Below are positions 51,127-58,144 of a DNA stretch of 58,144 nt, piece by piece; the stretch's first letter is position 1, and each line of letters begins with the position of its first letter. The notes beneath the pieces are model-generated. The model saw only the letters and a program-made list of their open reading frames with translations. It made no database searches and had not been told where the DNA came from. Made by a program: the position numbers and the translations under genes. Source of the stretch: an uncultured Verrucomicrobiota bacterium (GTDB lineage Bacteria > Verrucomicrobiota > Kiritimatiellia > CAIKKV01); the NCBI GenBank assembly GCA_964481675.1, contig CAYZVY010000002.1, positions 1-58,144 of the forward strand, given 5' to 3'.

Positions 51127-53601
51127 TTATGGCGCAACCACGGGAGGCGCATACAGGAAGGGCCTCCTGAACATCCCGCCGAAATGATGGGGGTTGTCGA
51201 TCCGCAGCGTGATCAGGTTCTTGCCGGATTTAAGCTTGCCGGTCAGATCCACGTCCCACTGGAATGTATAATCGTTAAGCCACCAGATCGGGTTGTACTT
51301 CTCGCGACGTCCCACATCCTGGCCGTTGACATAAAGCCGGCACTCGTTGAACAGTCCGGGGAACATCAGCCGCACGCCGCCCTTCACCTGGGCCGCCGTC
51401 AGCTCCGCTTCGACCGCATACCACCCGATGCCCGTGTAACTCTGCCGGTCGGGATGCCGCACGCCCTGGGCCTGCAGGTACAGATCGCTCCGGACGCTCT
51501 CCCATTCGGTGACGGGATAGTCCTTCCGGCTGTCGGGCGTGAAGGTCGCGCCCTTCTCCTTCCAGAACGCCAGGTCCGGCGGCTTCACCCCCCAGCCCTC
51601 CTTGAACCCCAGATCCTTAGGGTCGCGATGGAACGCCCATTCCAGCGGCAGTTTCACAATCAGCGTGCCGTTGCTGCCGGTCAGATACTGCTGCAGGTTC
51701 CGGTATTGCTGGACCTCGCCGGGCCACCAGGCCGGGCCGTGCTCGCCGATCCGCTTGTAGGTCGTGAACGTGCCGTTCATCTCCGTCAGCTTCTCCCGCG
51801 CGGCCAGCCCCTTGTCCCCGAACTCCGCGGCCTTCCCGTAGTCGCAGTCGCCCGCCGCCGCGCGGATCATGGCCAGGTAGTTCTCAGCCACGGTGAAATT
51901 GAGGCGGGTGAAATCCATCCTCGCCAGGAACTGCTTCTCGCGCGCCGTGGGATCCGCCTTCGCCCGCAGCGGCTTGACCGCGGCTTCGGCCTTCACCAGC
52001 GCCTTGCGCATGCCCTCCAGCAACTCGGGGGTGTAGATCACGGGCGCGACGAAATGCTCGTGCTCGGTGGCGATCGTGGTCTTCCAGGCCTCGAACACCA
52101 GGCCCCAGTAGGCCGACATCGGCTCCGCCGCGGGGCCGTAGAACGCCGGATAAAACTCCTTCAGCAGGTCGTCCACCTTGACGTCCGGATTCCACATCAG
52201 CTGCCCGCGGCAATACAGGTTGAGGAAAATCGTGCCGATGGCGTTGCGGCTTTCGGTATCCACCCCCAGGATGCCGGCTTTCCGGTAATGCTTGAAATCC
52301 TGCTCCAGCGTCTGGATGGAGGGATTGGGGATGTCGCGCCAGACCAGCATGCCCTGGTCGTAATCGTAGATCACCACGCGGCCGTCCATCACCTTCGCCC
52401 AGCCGTACATGATGTCCCGGTATTCCCCGCGCGGGGGCGACTGGGGGTCGTCCATGCCATGGATGGGGTCGATGTCGATCGGGGCCAGGTAGGCCACCAG
52501 CGCCGGCTCGGAGTTCGTCACGCGCAGCGGCGGCAGGGTGATGTTCGAATAGGCCAGGAAGCCGATCCGCGCCTTGCTCTGCGGGTATCTCTCGCGCAGC
52601 ACCTTCGCCACCCCGTTGTAGAACAGCATGAAGCAGTCGGTCATGGCGGGGCGCATCATGTACTTGTCGTACTGCAGCCCCATGAACGCCTTGTCCTTCG
52701 GGGAATCGGAGGCATACAGGCCGTCGTCCATGCCCAGAGAAACCGACTCGCCCTTCGCGTAGGATTCGCCGACCTTGTCCGCCACATGGCGGGCCGTGCT
52801 CTCCTCGGCGATGGGCACGTTGTACGCCGTCTTCCCGGCGGGAATCAGCTCCTTGACATAATGGCCGAGCGCGTGGCCGGCCGGCACGCGAAGGCCGGAG
52901 GTCATGAAGTTGCGCCGCTGGAAGTCCGCGTATCCCGTGTAATCGCCATTCCAGGAGATCCAGTAGGTCCGCACCTCGAACGGCGGCGCATACACCTCGT
53001 CCAGCGCCGCCAGGGTCAGCCGGGGCGACTCCGGGATGCACTCGCCGAAGTCGGTCGGCAGATACCAGCGGCACCCCCACTTGTGAAGCAGCGCCGAGAC
53101 GGCGTAATAATGCGCCTCATCGTTGCTGCCGGCCAGGTAAACCCGGTTGCCCTCGCGCAGCAGGCCGATGGCATCGGCGCGCAAAAAGGGATTTTTCTTG
53201 GCGGTCCCGCGAATCCGGGCCGCCAGGGCGGGCTTGGCCGCCAGCGCTTCCTCGCCCACCAGGAAAACAGGCGCCTTCCCGCCGAGCGCCGCGTCGATCT
53301 CCGCGCGCGTGGCGGCCAGCTTGGGTTCCCCTCCGGTCATCCGCTGGATATAGGTGACCAGGTCCCTGGCCGCCAGCCATTCCGCGTTGCGCGTCCCCGT
53401 TTTATCGACACCTCGCGACACCACGCCATCCTTGGCCGTGGTCAGCGGCAGGCCGGCTTCCGGCGACACCACCACTACCGCCTCGGTCTTGCCGCCCTCC
53501 GCCACCACGAGTTCCTTGTCGGCCGCGCCGGCCATTATGGCCGCCATCCCGACCACCACAATCGCGCCAATCCTTCTTCCCCCCTTCCGAATACTCGCCA
53601 T
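51127..53601 (-). CDS. DUF4838-like glycoside-hydrolase-related protein with a C-terminal galactose-binding-like domain
   Basis: 824 aa. Signal-like N-terminus. HYYAVSALLHKWGCRWYLP is reminiscent of DUF4838. The C-terminal VRLMFPGLFNECRLYVNGQDVG is GH2-type sugar-binding-domain-like. Confidence 0.6.
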   Translation of the reverse strand: MASIRKGGRRIGAIVVVGMAAIMAGAADKELVVAEGGKTEAVVVVSPEAGLPLTTAKDGVVSRGVDKTGTRNAEWLAARDLVTYIQRMTGGEPKLAATRAEIDAALGGKAPVFLVGEEALAAKPALAARIRGTAKKNPFLRADAIGLLREGNRVYLAGSNDEAHYYAVSALLHKWGCRWYLPTDFGECIPESPRLTLAALDEVYAPPFEVRTYWISWNGDYTGYADFQRRNFMTSGLRVPAGHALGHYVKELIPAGKTAYNVPIAEESTARHVADKVGESYAKGESVSLGMDDGLYASDSPKDKAFMGLQYDKYMMRPAMTDCFMLFYNGVAKVLRERYPQSKARIGFLAYSNITLPPLRVTNSEPALVAYLAPIDIDPIHGMDDPQSPPRGEYRDIMYGWAKVMDGRVVIYDYDQGMLVWRDIPNPSIQTLEQDFKHYRKAGILGVDTESRNAIGTIFLNLYCRGQLMWNPDVKVDDLLKEFYPAFYGPAAEPMSAYWGLVFEAWKTTIATEHEHFVAPVIYTPELLEGMRKALVKAEAAVKPLRAKADPTAREKQFLARMDFTRLNFTVAENYLAMIRAAAGDCDYGKAAEFGDKGLAAREKLTEMNGTFTTYKRIGEHGPAWWPGEVQQYRNLQQYLTGSNGTLIVKLPLEWAFHRDPKDLGFKEGWGVKPPDLAFWKEKGATFTPDSRKDYPVTEWESVRSDLYLQAQGVRHPDRQSYTGIGWYAVEAELTAAQVKGGVRLMFPGLFNECRLYVNGQDVGRREKYNPIWWLNDYTFQWDVDLTGKLKSGKNLITLRIDNPHHFGGMFRRPFLYAPPVVAP

Positions 53602-53634
53602 GGTGTGCCCTTCCTTGATAGAGTCTCGTGTGTC

Positions 53635-54741
53635 TCAAATAGCGGCGCGCCGCACGCCCTCGGCGAATTCGGAGCCCGAGTTGCGCCCGTGCCCCACGCG
53701 TACGTCGCAGGTTCCGGCCATAAACCCCTGCATGGCCGTCGTTCCCGTGATAAACATCGTTCGGCCGGTCATGCGCGATTGAACCAGGCGGTTACCCCCG
53801 GACCAGACCTTCAGATCTTTCGAGTGCCATTCGCCCCACCCATTGCCGTCTCCCAGACATGTCTGGAGCGTAATCCCGCCAACTCCCTGGCCGATGTCGA
53901 ATCCATCCAACCGGTTGCGCAGGGCCAGGCAGCGCCGCAAGGTGATTCCGTAGTCGACCCCATTCGGGAAAAGACCTTTCCGGCGATTGGGGTGCGCTCC
54001 CGGGGAGTTGTCCGGCAGGACGTGCAGGAAACTGAATCCGTCACCCCCGCCGCTCTGCATGCTGTGGGCCATGCAACTTTCCCAACAACTGTCGAACAGG
54101 GCTCCGGGCTGAACCATGAAGCCGCATTCCTTGAGATCATACGCGAGAACGCGTTCCAGCCGAATCTGGCGGCTGGGCTGATCATCAGGGCCTCTGACAC
54201 AGAAGGCGACTCCGTGGATGGCATGCGCCGGATCTCCAGTCGCTACGCAATCCGCCACCGTGACCCGCTGGCAGCCGCGCACGGTCAGCGCGGTCTGTCC
54301 GCCATAGAACACAAGGTTTTCCAGGCGCAGATCCGCGCAATCGCACAGTTCCGATCCGTCGGTGCCGGTTCCTTCAATGATGGCCAATCCCTGCGCGTCC
54401 GGCAACTGCCAGACACCCCGGTCAAGCGCTTCCCGCACGGGCCGCCAATCCATCCGACCTCCGTCGAGTTTCGCCACCACGGTGTAATCGATGGGGGGCG
54501 GCTTCTGGCCCCGGATCACCGCCGGCCGCTTCACCGTGCCGCGCAACTGATGCAGAGACAGCGGGGGATACACGCCGGGGTGCAGCACGATCTCCACCGG
54601 CTGCGTCGCGGCGGCCGCTTTCTTCAGCGCACGGCCAAGGGTTCGCAGAGGGGCCGAGGCCGTTCCCGCCGCCCGGTCGTTGCCTTTTGGACTGAGGTAA
54701 TAGGTTATGCGTCTCGTCTTCATTCGCGGGTTGCGTGTCAT
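53635..54741 (-). CDS. Right-handed parallel beta-helix repeat protein
   Basis: Track ORF trimmed to MTRNPRMKTRRITYYLSPKGNDRAAGTASAPLRTLGRAL, a typical N-terminus of pectate-lyase-fold proteins. An alternative start is 54723. Confidence 0.6.
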   Translation of the reverse strand: MTRNPRMKTRRITYYLSPKGNDRAAGTASAPLRTLGRALKKAAAATQPVEIVLHPGVYPPLSLHQLRGTVKRPAVIRGQKPPPIDYTVVAKLDGGRMDWRPVREALDRGVWQLPDAQGLAIIEGTGTDGSELCDCADLRLENLVFYGGQTALTVRGCQRVTVADCVATGDPAHAIHGVAFCVRGPDDQPSRQIRLERVLAYDLKECGFMVQPGALFDSCWESCMAHSMQSGGGDGFSFLHVLPDNSPGAHPNRRKGLFPNGVDYGITLRRCLALRNRLDGFDIGQGVGGITLQTCLGDGNGWGEWHSKDLKVWSGGNRLVQSRMTGRTMFITGTTAMQGFMAGTCDVRVGHGRNSGSEFAEGVRRAAI

Positions 54742-54766
54742 GCCTCTTCGTTCCTTTGACGCGGCG

Positions 54767-55813
54767 CTAAGACTGGATCTCCCGGATCGCCACGAGCAAC
54801 TTCGCGATCTCGGCTTCCGTCCCCACGGTGATGCGCACATAATCCGGATGCCAGGCCGCCGGATTGTACCGGATCAGGATCCGCCGCTCCCGCAGCGCCT
54901 CGAACAGGGCCTTTGCCCCGACGCGGGTGGGCTTGACCCACAGGAAATTCGCCTCCGACGGCGTCACCTGGAATCCCAGCCTCTCCAGGTTCCGCGCCAG
55001 CCGGGCGCGGCTCGTCCGGATGCGCGCCGCCTGCCGGATCATATAGCCCTCGTCCGAAAGCCCCGCCTCCGCCGCCAGCTGGGTCAGTCGGTTCACGTTA
55101 TAGGAGTCCTTGAGCTTCAGCAGCGCGCCGATCAGCTCGGCCGGGCCCACCGCGTAGCCCAGCCGGATGCCGGCCAGCGAATAGGACTTCGAGAGCGTCC
55201 GCAGGACGAGCACGTTCGGGCACGTCCGGGCCAGTTCCATGAAATTCCAGCCCGCGAAATCGACATACGCCTCGTCGATCACCACCAGCCCCTTGAACCG
55301 GCGGCAGAACGCCTTCACCGCCTTGGGCGGATACATGACGCCGGTCGGGTTGTTGGGGGTCGTGATGAAAAAGACCGAGCAGCGGAACGCCGGCGGCGGC
55401 GTGCGCCAGCCGAAGCCCGGCCCCAGCGGAACCGTCTTCATCGGCACGCCGATCGAGTCGGCCAGCACGTCGTAGAGCGAATAGGAGGGCGTGAACATGC
55501 CCAGCGACCCGCCGGCCTCCACGAACGCCAGCGTGATCAGGCGCAGCACCTCGTCCGACCCGTTCCCCACGAACACCTGGCCGGGCTCCACCCCGTGGCG
55601 GGCGGCCAGTGTGTTTCTGATTCCGGAACAGACCGGATCCGGGTAAAGCCGCAGCGTGGCCGGGTCGAGCCCCCGGAGGGCCTTCAGGACCCGCGGCGAG
55701 GGGGGGTACGGGTTCTCGTTGGTGTTCAGCTTGACCAGGTCCGGGCCGGCCATCTGCTCCCCGGGCGTGTAGCCGGCCATGAGCCGGATGTTGCGTCGAA
55801 TCAGCGATGTCAT
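54767..55813 (-). CDS. hisC: Histidinol-phosphate aminotransferase
   Basis: Track ORF 54767..56920 trimmed to MTSLIRRNIRLMAGYTPGEQ...KLNTNENPYPPSP. PLP-lysine region LRTLSKSYSLAGIRLGY. ATGA overlap with the hisD stop. Confidence 0.9.
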   Translation of the reverse strand: MTSLIRRNIRLMAGYTPGEQMAGPDLVKLNTNENPYPPSPRVLKALRGLDPATLRLYPDPVCSGIRNTLAARHGVEPGQVFVGNGSDEVLRLITLAFVEAGGSLGMFTPSYSLYDVLADSIGVPMKTVPLGPGFGWRTPPPAFRCSVFFITTPNNPTGVMYPPKAVKAFCRRFKGLVVIDEAYVDFAGWNFMELARTCPNVLVLRTLSKSYSLAGIRLGYAVGPAELIGALLKLKDSYNVNRLTQLAAEAGLSDEGYMIRQAARIRTSRARLARNLERLGFQVTPSEANFLWVKPTRVGAKALFEALRERRILIRYNPAAWHPDYVRITVGTEAEIAKLLVAIREIQS

Positions 55814-57120
55814 GACCGCGCCAGCCTCATCTTTCCGGACGCGGCGTGCGCGTCCAATCCTTCCACCCGGCCGAACGCCTCGATGATCGGCCAGGCGCGC
55901 TTCAGGGCGCCCCGCGTGTAGCGGACCACGCTGATGCGCCGGACGAAGTCGTTCACCGTCAGTCCCGAAAACAGGGCCGCCGTGCCGCCCGTGGGCAGCA
56001 CGTGGCTCGGCCCGGCGGCGTAGTCGCCCACGCACTCCGGCGTCCACGGCCCCAGGAACACGGCCCCCGCCCGCGTGATGCGGGGCAGCAGCCGCTCCGG
56101 GTGGCGGACCATCAGCTCCAGGTGCTCGGGCGCGAAGGCGTTGCACAGCGCCGCCCCCTCCTCCACCGTCTTCACCACCACGAACAGGATGCCGCCCCGC
56201 CGCATCACCTCGGCCACGGCCGCGCTCCGGCCCAGCAGGGCCGTCTGCTTCATCAGCTCCCGCCGGCACGCGTTGGCAAAAGCCGCCGACGTGGCGACCA
56301 GCAGCGCCTTCTCGTGCCCGGTCCCGTGCTCGGCCTGCGAGAGCAGGTCGGCGGCGGCAAAGGCGGGGTTGGCGGCCCCGTCGGCCAGCACGGCGATCTC
56401 GCTGGGCCCCGCCACGGAGTCGAGCGCCACATCCCCGTAAACCAGCTTCTTGGCGGCCGTCACAAAGGCGCCGCCCGGCCCCGCGATCTTCTGCACCTTC
56501 CGCACCCGGCGGGTGCCGTAGGCCATCAGGCCGATGGCCTGGATGCCGCCCACGCGGTAAATCTCGGTGGCGCCCGCCAGCTTCAACGCATACAGCACAT
56601 AGGGGTTCACCCGCCCCTCGGCATCCGCCGGGGTGCAGGCCACGATCTCGCGCACCCCCGCCGTCCGGGCCAGCGTCACCGTCATCAGCACGGTGGAGGC
56701 CAGCGGCGCCGCGCCGCCGGGGACATACACGCCCACCCGGTCGTAGGGCACGAAGCGCTCGCCCAGCAGGGCGCCGTGCCCATCGCTCATCCGCCAGTTT
56801 TTCCGGATTCCCGCCCGGGCAAACGCCCGGATGCGCCGGTGCGCCTCGGCCGCCGCGCGCCGGAAAGCCGCGTCGGTGTGGCGGGCCGACGCCGCCAGGT
56901 CGGCCTCCGGCACCCGCCATTCGCCCGGCGCAAGGACCTTCTTCTCGAATTTTTTCACCCAGTCAGCCACGGCGGCGTCCCCGCGCAGGCGGATGTCGGC
57001 CAGCACGTCGCGGGCTGCTTTCTCCGCCGCGGGATCCACGGCCGGCCGCTTCAAGAACGCCTCCACCACGGCGCCGGGCCGGCGCTGCGACCAGGTTACA
57101 ATATCCACGCTCTGCTTCAC
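55810..57120 (-). CDS. hisD: Histidinol dehydrogenase
   Basis: 436 aa with a GTG start. AGPSEI, SQAEHG and APEHLEL motifs. Confidence 0.9.
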   Translation of the reverse strand: MKQSVDIVTWSQRRPGAVVEAFLKRPAVDPAAEKAARDVLADIRLRGDAAVADWVKKFEKKVLAPGEWRVPEADLAASARHTDAAFRRAAAEAHRRIRAFARAGIRKNWRMSDGHGALLGERFVPYDRVGVYVPGGAAPLASTVLMTVTLARTAGVREIVACTPADAEGRVNPYVLYALKLAGATEIYRVGGIQAIGLMAYGTRRVRKVQKIAGPGGAFVTAAKKLVYGDVALDSVAGPSEIAVLADGAANPAFAAADLLSQAEHGTGHEKALLVATSAAFANACRRELMKQTALLGRSAAVAEVMRRGGILFVVVKTVEEGAALCNAFAPEHLELMVRHPERLLPRITRAGAVFLGPWTPECVGDYAAGPSHVLPTGGTAALFSGLTVNDFVRRISVVRYTRGALKRAWPIIEAFGRVEGLDAHAASGKMRLARS

Positions 57121-57836
57121 GGCTTAGGTCCTTCCCCGTTTCCGCCCGGCGCCGGCACAACCCGGCTGATCCTCAGGCGGGCCTCACGCCCTCCCGTCAA
57201 ACGCGCCTGCCTCATCCATCCTTCCAGGCGCGCCGCCACGGCAGGCACCGGCGCCGGCGCCCCCAGGAACACATGTTCCACGCGGCCATCCTTCCCGGCT
57301 TCCAGCCGGACCGTCACCGACCAGGAGCCGGAGGAGGTCCAGTTGCCGGGCGTGCCGAAATCGGGAGGCAGCGCAACCGTCGCGCCTTCCAGCGGCTCGG
57401 CCGTCACGCCGCCCGACCCGGTTCCCGCAGCGACCGGCGCAAAGACGGGGCCCTCCCCGGCCCAGGGGGTAAAGGCGGGCAGCGCCACCTTTTCAGGCGC
57501 CGGCAGCAGCAGGTCGGGCTTCGACTCGCGGGGCAGGTACCGGACATCCTCCGGCCGCGGGCTCAGCTTGGTGGTCAGCCGCGGGTCGCCCGGCTGCACG
57601 GTGCGGCTGAAGCTGATCTTGGAGGGCAACGAAAAGTGGATGGGGGCCCAGGCGGTTCGCGCCACGCCCGGCGGAATCATGGTCACCCGGCAGCGCCCGG
57701 GCGGCAGCGGAACCGCGGGGCGGGGTTTGACATACCACACGGCGATCAGCACCATCATGGCCGTCAGGAACAGGATCACCCCGCCGGAAACGAGCAGGTC
57801 GCGGCTGGCGCGGCGGTCGGCGGTGGAGGCGGTCAC
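57117..57836 (-). CDS. TonB-like bitopic membrane protein (Pro-rich linker, small C-terminal domain)
   Basis: GTG start in a GTGA overlap with exbD. TM helix LLVSGGVILFLTAMMVLIAVW, a Pro-rich middle part, and a C-terminal VTVRLEAGKDGRVEHVFL...ARLEGWMRQARL. The assignment rests mainly on position after exbD. Confidence 0.45.
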   Translation of the reverse strand: MTASTADRRASRDLLVSGGVILFLTAMMVLIAVWYVKPRPAVPLPPGRCRVTMIPPGVARTAWAPIHFSLPSKISFSRTVQPGDPRLTTKLSPRPEDVRYLPRESKPDLLLPAPEKVALPAFTPWAGEGPVFAPVAAGTGSGGVTAEPLEGATVALPPDFGTPGNWTSSGSWSVTVRLEAGKDGRVEHVFLGAPAPVPAVAARLEGWMRQARLTGGREARLRISRVVPAPGGNGEGPKP

Positions 57837-58144
57837 GGGGGTGTTCCTCCCGGCGCGGGCGGGCGCGACGCCAGGTAGACCTCGGCGATCCCGGCGGCCG
57901 AGGCCTGGTTGATCAAGGTGACCAGCGTGCCGTGGCGGACCTGGCGATCGGCCTCGATGATGAGCGGCTGCGACGGCTTGTCATGCGCGGCGCGGGAGAG
58001 GGCCGCCTTCAGCTTGTCGCCGATGCCCGGATCGGACAGCAGGAAGCGGGCGTCGTCGAAATAGAGAATCTCCTCCTCGGCCGTGTCGCCCGCCCCCTCC
58101 TGCACCACCACCACGGCCATCAGGCCGTAGGGCGAGGCGCCCGC
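57833..58144 (-). CDS. exbD: ExbD/TolR-family biopolymer transport protein (C-terminal part; N-terminus beyond the right edge)
   Basis: The frame is open to the window end. PLIIEADRQVRHGTLVTLINQASAAGIAEVYLAS matches the ExbD periplasmic domain. Confidence 0.6.
   Translation of the reverse strand, partial: AGASPYGLMAVVVVQEGAGDTAEEEILYFDDARFLLSDPGIGDKLKAALSRAAHDKPSQPLIIEADRQVRHGTLVTLINQASAAGIAEVYLASRPPAPGGTPP

Noticed and set aside
49711-54759. 1682-aa plus-strand ORF, the longest in the track
   Set aside because: It is antisense to four independently well-supported minus-strand genes (M20 peptidase, DUF4838-like, beta-helix, start of hisC). Its composition is Arg/Pro/Gly/Ala/His-rich with no motif or domain. 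This is a typical stop-codon-poor antisense frame in high-GC DNA.
55814-56920. N-terminal extension of hisC in the track ORF 54767..56920
   Set aside because: The extension lies entirely inside hisD in a different frame. The HisC homology starts at MTSLIRRN, where an ATGA overlap with the hisD stop occurs.
55846-57912. 688-aa plus-strand ORF
   Set aside because: It is antisense to hisD and the TonB-like gene, with no domain signal and low-complexity composition.
1-58144. Scan for CRISPR arrays, rRNA, prophage or integrative-element hallmarks, and recognisable defence systems
   Set aside because: By eye I found no regularly spaced direct repeats, no rRNA-like conserved blocks, and no integrase, transposase, recombinase, restriction-modification or known defence-domain proteins. 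The only addiction-type module is the vapBC-like pair. A by-eye scan can miss short or degenerate elements.

Overview
High-GC bacterial chromosomal segment. My spot counts of single 60-nt lines give about 70-75% GC in housekeeping genes and 43-60% in several secreted-protein genes. No rRNA, tRNA, CRISPR array, integrase or transposase was recognised. Gene content (GntR+PBP1 regulators, many secreted parallel beta-helix proteins, W-x-G...NW N-terminal motif proteins, DUF4838-like and PL8 enzymes) suggests a PVC-group organism (Verrucomicrobiota/Kiritimatiellota/Lentisphaerota-like), but that is inference only. Layout: (1) 1-3577, a secreted beta-helix protein plus its regulator. (2) 3648-12060 minus strand, a tightly coupled sulfate-to-homocysteine operon: APS reductase, CysD, CysN with a degenerate APS-kinase-like tail, MetY, a ThiS-like carrier with a tail after GG, an E1-like adenylase, a JAMM protease, and sulfite reductase fused to TusA. 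(3) 12186-18031 plus strand, a divergent tetrapyrrole/siroheme operon built from fusions (SirC-HemA, HemC-like/SUMT/HemD, HemB, HemL). (4) 18028-20648, envelope lipoprotein and outer-membrane genes. (5) 20869-27427, an orphan gene, three divergent paralogs of a small secreted protein, an SGNH hydrolase and a PL8 lyase. (6) 27428-38376 minus strand, a Tad/Flp-type pilus locus with non-canonical composition: no TadZ/CpaE, no prepilin peptidase, an FHA membrane protein, and an unknown 470-aa secreted protein inside the operon. (7) 38795-54741, secreted repeat proteins and glycan-active enzymes, with an embedded vapBC-like toxin-antitoxin pair. (8) 54767-58144, hisC, hisD, a TonB-like gene and a partial exbD. 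Many very long ORFs in the supplied track (for example the 1682-aa ORF at 49711-54759) are antisense artefacts of high GC and were rejected. I consider the most interesting items to be the non-canonical Tad locus with its orphan protein, the Sir::TusA plus processed-carrier sulfur pathway, and the HemC-like module lacking its cofactor domain.
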